From: Mucilaginibacter sp.
Lineage (GTDB): Bacteria > Bacteroidota > Bacteroidia > Sphingobacteriales > Sphingobacteriaceae
DNA: 64,000 bases
Reading direction: 5' to 3'
NCBI RefSeq assembly: GCF_025359345.1
Contig: NZ_JANYGQ010000023.1
Location: forward strand, 616 to 64,615
The notes under the pieces are model-generated. The model was not told where the DNA came from. It saw only the letters and a list, made by a program, of their open reading frames with translations, and made no database searches. Shown piece after piece: positions 17,377-25,456 of this stretch; position 1 is the first letter of the stretch, and each line of letters starts with the position of its first letter. The position numbers were made by a program, and so were the translations under genes.

Positions 17377-18660
17377 ATGAACTTTGTTGAAGAATTACGC
17401 TGGCGGGGTATGCTGCATGATATTATGCCCGGAACCGAAGAACTGTTAAATAAAGGAATAGTATCGGGTTATATTGGTTTTGATCCGACGGCCGACTCGC
17501 TGCATGTGGGCAGCCTGGCCCAGATTATGACCATGATACATTTTCAGCGCGCGGGGCACAAGCCTTTTGCGCTGGTAGGTGGCGCTACCGGCATGGTGGG
17601 CGATCCATCAGGAAAATCGCAGGAGCGCAATTTGCTATCTGAAGATGTACTGCAGAAAAACCTGGCAGGCATAAAAGGACAGTTAGAGAAATTTCTCGAC
17701 TTTGATTGCGGGGCCAATAGCGCCCAAATGGTAAATAATTACGATTGGTTTAAGGATTTTACGTTCCTTGATTTTATCCGCGAGGTTGGCAAGCATATCA
17801 CCGTTAATTATATGATGGCCAAGGATTCGGTTAAGAAAAGACTTGAGGGCGAAACCGGCATGTCGTTTACTGAATTTACTTACCAATTGGTGCAGGGCTA
17901 CGATTTTTACTATTTATGGAAGAATCACAATTGCGCATTGCAAATGGGCGGCTCCGACCAATGGGGTAACATTGTAACCGGTACTGAACTGGTGCGCCGC
18001 AAGGGCTCGGGCGAAGCATTTGCATTAACTACGCAATTGATAAAAAAATCAGACGGAACAAAGTTCGGTAAAACCGAAGGCGGTAATATCTGGCTGGATG
18101 CTGAGAAAACATCGCCGTATAAATTTTACCAGTTTTGGCTGAACACCAGCGATGAGGATGCCAAAACTTATGTAAGGATATTTACTTTGTTTGATGAGGA
18201 AACTATAAAAGCTTTAGAAACAGAGCAAGATGCCGCGCCACATTTACGTGTGCTGCAAAAAGCTTTAGCCAAAGATATAACTATCCGCGTGCATGGTGAA
18301 GCTGCGTACGAAAAAGCAATTAAGTCGTCGGAGTTTTTGTTTGGCAATGTTGGTATTGAGTTTTTGAGCGAATTGAGTGACGGTGAAGTGCTTGGTTTGT
18401 TTGAAGGTGTGCCTAATTTTACCATCAACATAGCCGATTTGGAGCAAGGAATTAATATTGTCGATTTATTGGCGGCGCACACAACGGTTTTTCCATCAAA
18501 AGGCGAAGCCAAAAAAATGATACAGGGTGGCGGTACAGCCATCAATAAGCTGAAAATCAATTCGGTTGATGACACTTACAATAATGATAATTTAATAAGC
18601 GGTAAATACCTGGTTGCCCAAAAAGGCAAGAAAAATTATTTTTTAATTATTGCTGAATAA
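17377..18660 (+). CDS. tyrS: tyrosine--tRNA ligase
   Basis: Class I motifs SLHVGSL (HIGH-like) and KFGKT (KMSKS-like). C-terminal S4-like domain. Confidence 0.96.
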   Translation: MNFVEELRWRGMLHDIMPGTEELLNKGIVSGYIGFDPTADSLHVGSLAQIMTMIHFQRAGHKPFALVGGATGMVGDPSGKSQERNLLSEDVLQKNLAGIKGQLEKFLDFDCGANSAQMVNNYDWFKDFTFLDFIREVGKHITVNYMMAKDSVKKRLEGETGMSFTEFTYQLVQGYDFYYLWKNHNCALQMGGSDQWGNIVTGTELVRRKGSGEAFALTTQLIKKSDGTKFGKTEGGNIWLDAEKTSPYKFYQFWLNTSDEDAKTYVRIFTLFDEETIKALETEQDAAPHLRVLQKALAKDITIRVHGEAAYEKAIKSSEFLFGNVGIEFLSELSDGEVLGLFEGVPNFTINIADLEQGINIVDLLAAHTTVFPSKGEAKKMIQGGGTAINKLKINSVDDTYNNDNLISGKYLVAQKGKKNYFLIIAE

Positions 18661-18685
18661 ATTTGATAATCCGACAAATGGTGAT

Positions 18686-18693
18686 TATATTTG
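18686..18693 (+). promoter_or_regulatory. candidate -7 box (TATATTTG) for the antitoxin-toxin operon
   Basis: Matches TAnnTTTG. It lies 6 nt before ATG 18699 and 42 nt before the alternative ATG 18735. Confidence 0.3.
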
Positions 18694-18698
18694 CCATT

Positions 18699-19196
18699 AT
18701 GTCGCACAAATCAAAAATAGAAGATACCCCAAACATGCTCAACGAGCCGATGGTAGCTTATGCTGTTGGTGGCTCGGGCAATACCTTTTATAATTTGTTG
18801 GGTGGTGCCAGGTCATTAAGGTTTTCTAATGATTTTGATATCATTAACCTGGCACGTAAAGGGTTTTCAAAGGGCACTTTGCTTGCGCTGGCAAAAAAAA
18901 TATCCCTTAACCTGCAGGAGTTAGCAAACATTCTGCACATTAGCGAGCGCACCTTACAACGCTACGATGACAACGAAATTATAAAACTAGAGTATGCCGA
19001 AAAGGCCGTTGAGCTTGCGCGCCTGTATACCCGCGGCGAGGAGGTTTTTGGCTCTATCGATAAATTTAAGCTATGGATAAAAGCCCCGAGCCTTATTTTC
19101 AATGGCGAGGCTCCGGTTACCATCCTTGATACTTCGGCCGGCTTTGATATGATTTTTCGTGAGTTGGGCCGCATTGAGCATGGTATTTTTGCTTAA
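18699..19196 (+). CDS. Xre-like antitoxin with DUF2384 (MbcA/ParS-type toxin-binding) domain
   Basis: Sits directly upstream of a RES-domain gene. C-terminal region KLWIKAPSLIFNGEAPVTILDTSAGFDMIFRELGRIEHGIF is typical of DUF2384. Alternative start at 18735. Confidence 0.8.
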   Translation: MSHKSKIEDTPNMLNEPMVAYAVGGSGNTFYNLLGGARSLRFSNDFDIINLARKGFSKGTLLALAKKISLNLQELANILHISERTLQRYDDNEIIKLEYAEKAVELARLYTRGEEVFGSIDKFKLWIKAPSLIFNGEAPVTILDTSAGFDMIFRELGRIEHGIFA

Positions 19197-19202
19197 TTGC
19201 TG

Positions 19203-19664
19203 ATGATACTTTACCGTATTACACGTTGTACCTATGCCAACGACCTTAGCGGCACCGGCGCCCGTTTGTTTGGCGGCAGGTGGAACAGCATAGGTAAACC
19301 GGCTGCTTATTTTGCCTCTTCATGCTCACTGGCAATATTGGAGGTGTTGGTGCATTTGCAGCCTTTAATGATTCCGGATGATTATTGCCTTGTTGAGGTG
19401 GAGGTGCCAGAAAAACATATACAAACAATTACGGCCAATATTCTTCCCAAAAACTGGAAAGACATTTCTCCACCCCAAATATTAGCCCGCATTGGCGACG
19501 ACTTTTTAAAGAAACAGGATCATTTTATGCTGAAAGTACCCTCGGCCATTGTGCCTGCCGAATATAATTACCTCTTGAACCCGCTACACCCTGATATGCA
19601 AAAGGTAAAAATAATAAAGAAAGAACCTTTCGATTTTGATAGCAGGCTGGTGAGTGGTGAGTAG
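19203..19664 (+). CDS. RES domain toxin (NAD+-targeting RES family)
   Basis: LYRITR...GTGARLFGGRWNSIGKPAAYFASSCSLAILEVLVH matches the RES domain. It starts 7 nt after the antitoxin stop. Confidence 0.85.
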   Translation: MILYRITRCTYANDLSGTGARLFGGRWNSIGKPAAYFASSCSLAILEVLVHLQPLMIPDDYCLVEVEVPEKHIQTITANILPKNWKDISPPQILARIGDDFLKKQDHFMLKVPSAIVPAEYNYLLNPLHPDMQKVKIIKKEPFDFDSRLVSGE

Positions 19665-19736
19665 TTAATAGTGAGTGGTGAATGGGAATGGTTTTAGCGA
19701 ATAACTACTCACAATTCTCTACTCACTATTCACCAG

Positions 19737-20417
19737 CTACAAGTCATTCAACAAATCCAATTTCTTGTGATTGTATTCTTCCTGCGAGATAAGGCCATTG
19801 TCAAACAGCATCCTTAATTTTTTCAACTTTTCGGTGAGCTCATCTGGTTTTTGGGCCTGGGCAACAGGCGCTGGTGCAGAAGTAGGCTCGGGTAAACGAA
19901 CAGGGTCCTGTTGTTGTGGTATTGGCTCAACAGGTGTGATAGGGTGCTGCGATGATAGTTGCGAGGCATGCTCAAATTGCATGGCCCCGCTTTCGGCACG
20001 TTTGTCTTCCAGGTCGCGTAAACGGCGGGCTTCGCGCTCGGATTCTTTACGTTCCTGTGCGTATTGGTATAGCTTGCGGGCTTGTACTTTTGGCAAGTAA
20101 TCAACTCCCATTTCGGCGCCATTAGTGGTTTTTACGCTGAATATGGCGCCAATAATTTCTTCCTTAGTAAAAACGTCTACTATATCTTTCCAAACAAAAT
20201 CAACAAATTTTATCGAGAGGCCCAGGTTTGCGGGGGTGAAAAATAGCACTCTTTTGCTGGTTAATGCAATACAATCAGGGAATAAGTTTACTATAGGTTT
20301 TTTTTGAACCGCAATGTATATTATTTCTTCGCCGGTGGTAAGCAGGTCGGTTAAGCGCATGTATATTTTCTCAACCGCTTTGGGGTCCTGTTCTTCGTTC
20401 AAAAATTTCTCAATCAT
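19737..20417 (-). CDS. PH-like (bPH_2/YokE-type) domain protein with C-terminal SHOCT domain
   Basis: C-terminus KLKKLRMLFDNGLISQEEYNHKKLDLL is a SHOCT motif. The N-terminal half resembles bacterial PH domains. A Pro/Gln-rich linker lies between them. Confidence 0.65.
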   Translation of the reverse strand: MIEKFLNEEQDPKAVEKIYMRLTDLLTTGEEIIYIAVQKKPIVNLFPDCIALTSKRVLFFTPANLGLSIKFVDFVWKDIVDVFTKEEIIGAIFSVKTTNGAEMGVDYLPKVQARKLYQYAQERKESEREARRLRDLEDKRAESGAMQFEHASQLSSQHPITPVEPIPQQQDPVRLPEPTSAPAPVAQAQKPDELTEKLKKLRMLFDNGLISQEEYNHKKLDLLNDL

Positions 20418-20475
20418 CGTAATACCAGTTAGTATGGTGCAAAAATAATAATATTATGTTAGTAGTAAGTTAAGT

Positions 20476-21453
20476 TTACGCAATCAGCAAATTACAGCCC
20501 CTTATATCAGAATTATCAAACCTGCCTAATACTTCGAAAGAGCCATCAGTATAAACTTTCCCTAAATCCTGTGTGGCTAAAAACGAGCACGAATTGATGT
20601 TTGCCAAATCGATGATATTTATACCCCCTGCTTTATCATTTTGCAGCAAATCCAGCGGGTCGTTGGCGTCGCGGGTGATGATCTTCATCCAAGGCGGGCA
20701 ATTAAAAATGCCATCGCCTTTTGAATAAGCCTGCGATAGCAATTCGGTCATGCCGTATTCTGAGTGGATGGCGTTCACGCCAAATCCATCACATAGTTGC
20801 AGATGCAGTTCTTCCCGGATCATTTCTTTGCGCCGGCCCTTCATGCCACCGGTTTCCATCACTATCAATTCGGGGAAGTTTAGTGTGTATTGCTCCACAA
20901 AATCAAGCAGGGCAAAGGTAACGCCTAGTAACAGTGTAGGCTTTTTAGCTGCCTGCTGTTTTTTAAGCTGATGGTGAAGTTCATCGTAGTTGTATAAATA
21001 GAAGCCGCTATCCGGGTTGTTTGACTGTTTGATAAGGTCATCGGCCATATAAATTAACGACGACCCTTCGCGTTCGAGATACGCCGGGAGCAATGCAAGA
21101 ATAGTGTATTCCTCAATATCGCCGTAAAATAATTTAAAAGCCCTGCGAAAGCTTTCGGTATACCAGCTAACATCGGTTACCAGGTGACTGCTGGTTATCA
21201 TGCCTGTGGTGCCCGAGCTGGTAAAAGTTACCTCTGCAGGCTGGTTTGAGCTTAATACCTTATGCGATTTAAAAAACTCGATAGGTAAAAAAGGTATTTG
21301 CTGTATGCTGTTAATATTACCTGGATTAATATTTAGTCCTGTTATAAAATCGTGGTAAACTTTGCAGTTTTCGGCCTGGTATTTAAAAATCTGCAGGGCA
21401 ATATTTGTAAATGCCTGTTCGTTATCGATTGAAAATACCTGCTGCTTATTCAT
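20476..21453 (-). CDS. LuxE/PaaK-like acyl-protein synthetase family protein
   Basis: Adenylate-forming motif TSSGTTG. Family-typical N-terminus MNKQQVFSIDNEQAFTNIALQIFKYQ. ATG 21453 preferred over 21585. Confidence 0.65.
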   Translation of the reverse strand: MNKQQVFSIDNEQAFTNIALQIFKYQAENCKVYHDFITGLNINPGNINSIQQIPFLPIEFFKSHKVLSSNQPAEVTFTSSGTTGMITSSHLVTDVSWYTESFRRAFKLFYGDIEEYTILALLPAYLEREGSSLIYMADDLIKQSNNPDSGFYLYNYDELHHQLKKQQAAKKPTLLLGVTFALLDFVEQYTLNFPELIVMETGGMKGRRKEMIREELHLQLCDGFGVNAIHSEYGMTELLSQAYSKGDGIFNCPPWMKIITRDANDPLDLLQNDKAGGINIIDLANINSCSFLATQDLGKVYTDGSFEVLGRFDNSDIRGCNLLIA

Positions 21454-21612
21454 CGGGGCAAAGATAATGTTGATTTGAAGATTTGATGATGGGTTGATTT
21501 GAAAAGCGTCATAAATCAGTAAAATCCCGTAATTCCGGTAAAACAAGGCTGAAATTTCAGGGTTATAACAGTAATATTTGCGCACAAATTTAATCTGCTT
21601 AAAAACACAATA

Positions 21613-22287
21613 ATGAAATCAATCAAATTTTTAGTGCTGTCGTTGGCACTTAGTATCTTTTTTATAGCCGGCTCTGCTTTTACTGATGGCAGTAAAGAAA
21701 CCGAACGTTTGCACGCTGCGTCGAACGTTTTAAAGGATTTTGGTAAAATAAAGGAAAGCATCCCCCATAACCTGCTATCAGAATGCGAGGGCGTAGTAAT
21801 AGTGCCCAAATTAATAAATGCAGGCTTTGTTGTTGGCGGTAAACGAGGCAGGGGAGTTGCGATGGTGAGATTGAGCGATGGCAAATGGAGCGACCCCGTA
21901 TTTATTACTATGACCGGTGGCAGCATAGGCGCACAAATAGGCGTGCAATCTGTCGATTTGGTTTTGGTGTTTCGTCATAAGGGCGTACTGGCCAAAGTTA
22001 AAAATGGCGATTTTACCATCGGCGGCGATGCTTCGGCAGCGGCGGGTCCTGTTGGCAGGAGCACTTCAGCCAATACAGATTACAAGCTTGATGCCGAAGT
22101 TTATTCCTATTCGCGCAGCCGGGGTTTATTTGCGGGCATCAGCATAAATGGCTCAAACCTGGGTATCGATAAAAATGCCAATGCCAATTTTTACGGCTCC
22201 GATATAACCTCGAAAGAGATTTTTGATACCAATAAAAATGATTCGGAAGCAGTTACTGGTTTGAAGGCTTCGTTGACGGCTTTGTAG
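21613..22287 (+). CDS. lipid-binding SYLF (Ysc84-like) domain protein, secreted
   Basis: Signal peptide. The YSYSRSRGLFAGISINGSNL region is typical of SYLF/DUF500. Confidence 0.8.
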   Translation: MKSIKFLVLSLALSIFFIAGSAFTDGSKETERLHAASNVLKDFGKIKESIPHNLLSECEGVVIVPKLINAGFVVGGKRGRGVAMVRLSDGKWSDPVFITMTGGSIGAQIGVQSVDLVLVFRHKGVLAKVKNGDFTIGGDASAAAGPVGRSTSANTDYKLDAEVYSYSRSRGLFAGISINGSNLGIDKNANANFYGSDITSKEIFDTNKNDSEAVTGLKASLTAL

Positions 22288-22337
22288 TTGAGGAGGTGAA
22301 AGGATAGGATAAAGGTAAAAGGCTTTCTTTTCCTGAC

Positions 22338-22372
22338 AAAAACGCCCTGGTACTTTTACCGGGGCGTTTTTG
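22338..22372. terminator. bidirectional terminator between convergent genes
   Basis: AAAAACGCCCTGG tactttt ACCGGGGCGTTTTT, with A/T runs on both sides. Confidence 0.75.
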
Positions 22373-22376
22373 TTAA

Positions 22377-22715
22377 TTATTTTTTTGCAAGCGCACGCTT
22401 CAGCAATACCCCCGATAGCGCCGACATTCCACCAACTATACCGCCAATCAGTGCGGTTATCAGCAATAATAGTACCCAGTTCGGCAATTGGAAAAGGCTG
22501 GCAACACGGGTAGCCAATATATTATCATTAGGCACAGTCTTGAAAAGTGCAAGTACCGTCCATGTGATGAACACCGCCCCAAAGCCTGCCCCAAACGACC
22601 GCGCCGGGGTTTTGCCGATAAACAGCGCCGGTAAAAATGCCGCGATGGCAATCACCCACCAGGGTAAAAAGAATCCGCTGGCAAAGGTTAATATTAGTAT
22701 GATGAAAAATAGCAT
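22377..22715 (-). CDS. hypothetical membrane protein (112 aa)
   Basis: Four hydrophobic helices. No recognisable family. Confidence 0.5.
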   Translation of the reverse strand: MLFFIILILTFASGFFLPWWVIAIAAFLPALFIGKTPARSFGAGFGAVFITWTVLALFKTVPNDNILATRVASLFQLPNWVLLLLITALIGGIVGGMSALSGVLLKRALAKK

Positions 22716-22744
22716 AGTGGTTATCCTTTAATTTTATAAATATT

Positions 22745-22835
22745 TGTCATTGCGAGGAACGAAGCAATCGCGAACTATACAAGGCTGCCCTGTGACGTTT
22801 GCGGTTGCCGCGTTCGTTCCTCGCTCGCAATGACA
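22745..22835. repeat. REP-like palindromic element, family 1, copy 4 (inverted orientation)
   Basis: TGTCATTGCGAGGAACGAAGCAATCGCGAAC ... GCGGTTGCCGCGTTCGTTCCTCGCTCGCAATGACA. Confidence 0.85.
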
Positions 22836-22863
22836 TGGTTTTTTAGTTCTTTCAATTCATCAC

Positions 22864-25302
22864 TCATTTCTTCTCCAGCCTCAACGTCGATTTTATCCTC
22901 CCCGAATTCTCATCCGACGAGTTTAAAAACAGCAATTCATTCAATTTGCCGTCTTTCCAGGTATCAAACATATCGCGGTAGTAAAAACTGCCGGGATTGC
23001 CTGATTCGCCGCCGGGGAAAACACCATAGCCTTTAACCGTTGGTCCCATTTGTACCACCATGCGCCAGCTTGGGCCACTATTATTTCGCAGGGCATTAAT
23101 CACGCCGCCGCGCCCGCCGGCGAAAAATTTCCCGGTGCCAAATCCTGGCAAATTCGCCAGGTGATTTATAAACGTTTCTTTTACCATTCCCCATTGCCAT
23201 TTGTCGCCAGGCTTGCCATTGTTGCGTGTTAACTCGTCAACTGCGGTGTAAAACGAATGGTTTACCATGTCGGCGCAGGTTTCTTTTAATGGTGTTTTGG
23301 TGTTGTCGAACCATTTTGAACCGGGATCGGTAAGCAGCAGCTTTTCAGTTTCGTCGAATGATGGATATTTTAAATAGGTTCCCTTAATATTAAACTCATC
23401 ATCCCATACCAGGAGATAAAACTTACGCCACCAATTATCAAAAATACTGGCACCTATTGAATTGGCGGCATAATGCTTATCCCATTTTTTTATGATGTTG
23501 AATGCCTTTGCCTGGTCGTCGCTCAATTTGGTTGGGTCGACGTATTTAATCATTGCCGACAATACATCCTGCGCCAGTATGCTATAGTTATCCATTTGCA
23601 TTATACGCATACTATCCACGGTGGCCTTTTGCATGGCGCCAAGCCTGTCGTTTATGCGTTTGCCACGGTAATATTGCTCGAAGCGCCAGTTAATATAATA
23701 TGGATAAGATGGGTCGGTTGATGACTGGTTGGCCGAACTTACAAAGCCGCGCGGCGGATTTTTTACCGTTGGGTTTTGGTCGGCGGGTATCCAGCCCTGC
23801 CAGTCGTTTGCCGGGTCGCTGCCGTCCATAATGTATTTGCCCTGTTCTTTATATTTAAGCGGGAACCTGCCATTTGGCGTTATGGCAATATCGTTATCAT
23901 TGCTGGCGAAAATAAAGTTTTGGGCAGGAGCGGTAAAATGGGTAAGGGCTTCGCGGTAATCGGCATAATTTTTACCACGATTAAGGTTGTAAAAAGTTAA
24001 AAACTCGTTCGATTCATCATGCGCTATCCATCTTAAAGCGTCGCCAACTGGTATGTTTTCAAATTCGTCCTTAGGTTTTTTTGCCTTTGTTTCATAAACC
24101 ACCGGGCCGTGATGTGTGTAGAGCACAGTGTCGACCTCGGGCGCCTGGCCGAGAATATTGATAACCTCTACCCGCTTTTTAACGGCATTCCACTTGTTGT
24201 TGTACCAGTATTCGTTTTTGGTGTTATCTTTAAACTTTACCTGGTACCAATCCAGCACGTCGGCGTCAACATTGGTAACGCCCCAGCTTATCTTTTGGTT
24301 ATAGCCAATAATTACACAAGGAGCACCCGGCAGCGAAACCCCGTTTACATTGCCGGTTGGAGATGATAGCTGTATTTGGTACCATATTGCCGGGAAAGTT
24401 AAATTTAAATGCGGGTCGTTAGCTAAAATAGGGTAGCCCGTGGCCGATTTATTGCCTGTTATAGCCCAGTTATTGCTGCCAATGCCATCTACTTTTTCTT
24501 TTGGTTTGATATTTTCGGTCATCTGTGCAATATAACCAGCTGATGGTTTTGGGATAGGCAGCGGCTTAAAGTTCCATTTGGTGCCAACAGGTATTATCGG
24601 GTCTTCGTGGAAAGGGTAATCGGTAAAAAGTTCGTTAACTGCTTTTGCGCCAAAAACGCGCAGGTTATTAGTCATTGCAAACTGGTCGGACCCGCCGGCC
24701 AATGTTTCCGACATCAGTTTTAATAAAAAAATACAGTTGATGGGTTTCCATTCTTCCGGGGCATAATTGAGCAATTTAAACTCAATTGGGTAACTCTTTG
24801 GGGATAAGCTGTGCACGTAACTGTTTACCCCTTCGGTATAAGCCAGTACCATGGTGCGCGTTTGCGGGTTGGCCATAATGCCCTTAAGCCCGTTTTCGGC
24901 ACCATAAACCATGCCCATGCGGCGGTGATAGCGGTCAATCTCCAGCGCTTTGGGCCCTACAACTTCTGATAGCCGACCTGCTGCACTACGGGTTTGTATG
25001 TCCATTTGCCATAAGCGATCTCGGGCGGTTACAAAACCCTGGGCGTAGTACAGGTCGTGATCGTTTTTGGCGAAGACATGAGGGATGCGATGGTCGTCGT
25101 ATTTGATGATGACTTCATCCTGCAGGCCGGTTAGCGTCAATTTTTCAGCAGGCAGAATATTTTTGCTCTCAGCATTTTGCCAGAAACCGGTTGAAGGATT
25201 AAGGAACACACCCATGGCCGGGATATCGCCTATTTTTGTTTCCAGCACTACGATAAGTGCAACTGTGAAAAATATGGCTATAAAAGCTTTTACAAACCTC
25301 AT
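22864..25302 (-). CDS. penicillin acylase family protein (Ntn hydrolase)
   Basis: Beta-subunit nucleophile motif GSNNWAITG. About 810 aa with an N-terminal signal/anchor. ATG 25302 preferred over 25416. Confidence 0.9.
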   Translation of the reverse strand: MRFVKAFIAIFFTVALIVVLETKIGDIPAMGVFLNPSTGFWQNAESKNILPAEKLTLTGLQDEVIIKYDDHRIPHVFAKNDHDLYYAQGFVTARDRLWQMDIQTRSAAGRLSEVVGPKALEIDRYHRRMGMVYGAENGLKGIMANPQTRTMVLAYTEGVNSYVHSLSPKSYPIEFKLLNYAPEEWKPINCIFLLKLMSETLAGGSDQFAMTNNLRVFGAKAVNELFTDYPFHEDPIIPVGTKWNFKPLPIPKPSAGYIAQMTENIKPKEKVDGIGSNNWAITGNKSATGYPILANDPHLNLTFPAIWYQIQLSSPTGNVNGVSLPGAPCVIIGYNQKISWGVTNVDADVLDWYQVKFKDNTKNEYWYNNKWNAVKKRVEVINILGQAPEVDTVLYTHHGPVVYETKAKKPKDEFENIPVGDALRWIAHDESNEFLTFYNLNRGKNYADYREALTHFTAPAQNFIFASNDNDIAITPNGRFPLKYKEQGKYIMDGSDPANDWQGWIPADQNPTVKNPPRGFVSSANQSSTDPSYPYYINWRFEQYYRGKRINDRLGAMQKATVDSMRIMQMDNYSILAQDVLSAMIKYVDPTKLSDDQAKAFNIIKKWDKHYAANSIGASIFDNWWRKFYLLVWDDEFNIKGTYLKYPSFDETEKLLLTDPGSKWFDNTKTPLKETCADMVNHSFYTAVDELTRNNGKPGDKWQWGMVKETFINHLANLPGFGTGKFFAGGRGGVINALRNNSGPSWRMVVQMGPTVKGYGVFPGGESGNPGSFYYRDMFDTWKDGKLNELLFLNSSDENSGRIKSTLRLEKK

Positions 25303-25456
25303 TGCGGGATAATGTTTATTGAGGCAAGATAGGGAAAAGAACAGACAGTTTTTAGGTGGATGTGTAATAATTGACATCGACAAAAAGTATTTTTCTGTTG
25401 CCGCCAGGTCTTTCAAAGAGGCACCGGTGGCAAAAAGGGTGCGTTTAATGCCTGGT

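Noticed and set aside
21516-21926. 136-aa minus-strand ORF overlapping the SYLF gene and the LuxE-like gene start.
   Set aside because: It overlaps two better-supported genes. The LuxE-like protein aligns from MNKQQ (ATG 21453), so the upstream extension and this ORF are not needed.
19737-22287. PH-SHOCT protein, LuxE-like acyl-protein synthetase and SYLF protein considered as a possible novel three-gene system next to the RES toxin-antitoxin pair.
   Set aside because: The genes are on different strands with separate promoters and terminators. They have native composition and I know of no co-occurrence. They are more likely unrelated chromosomal genes.
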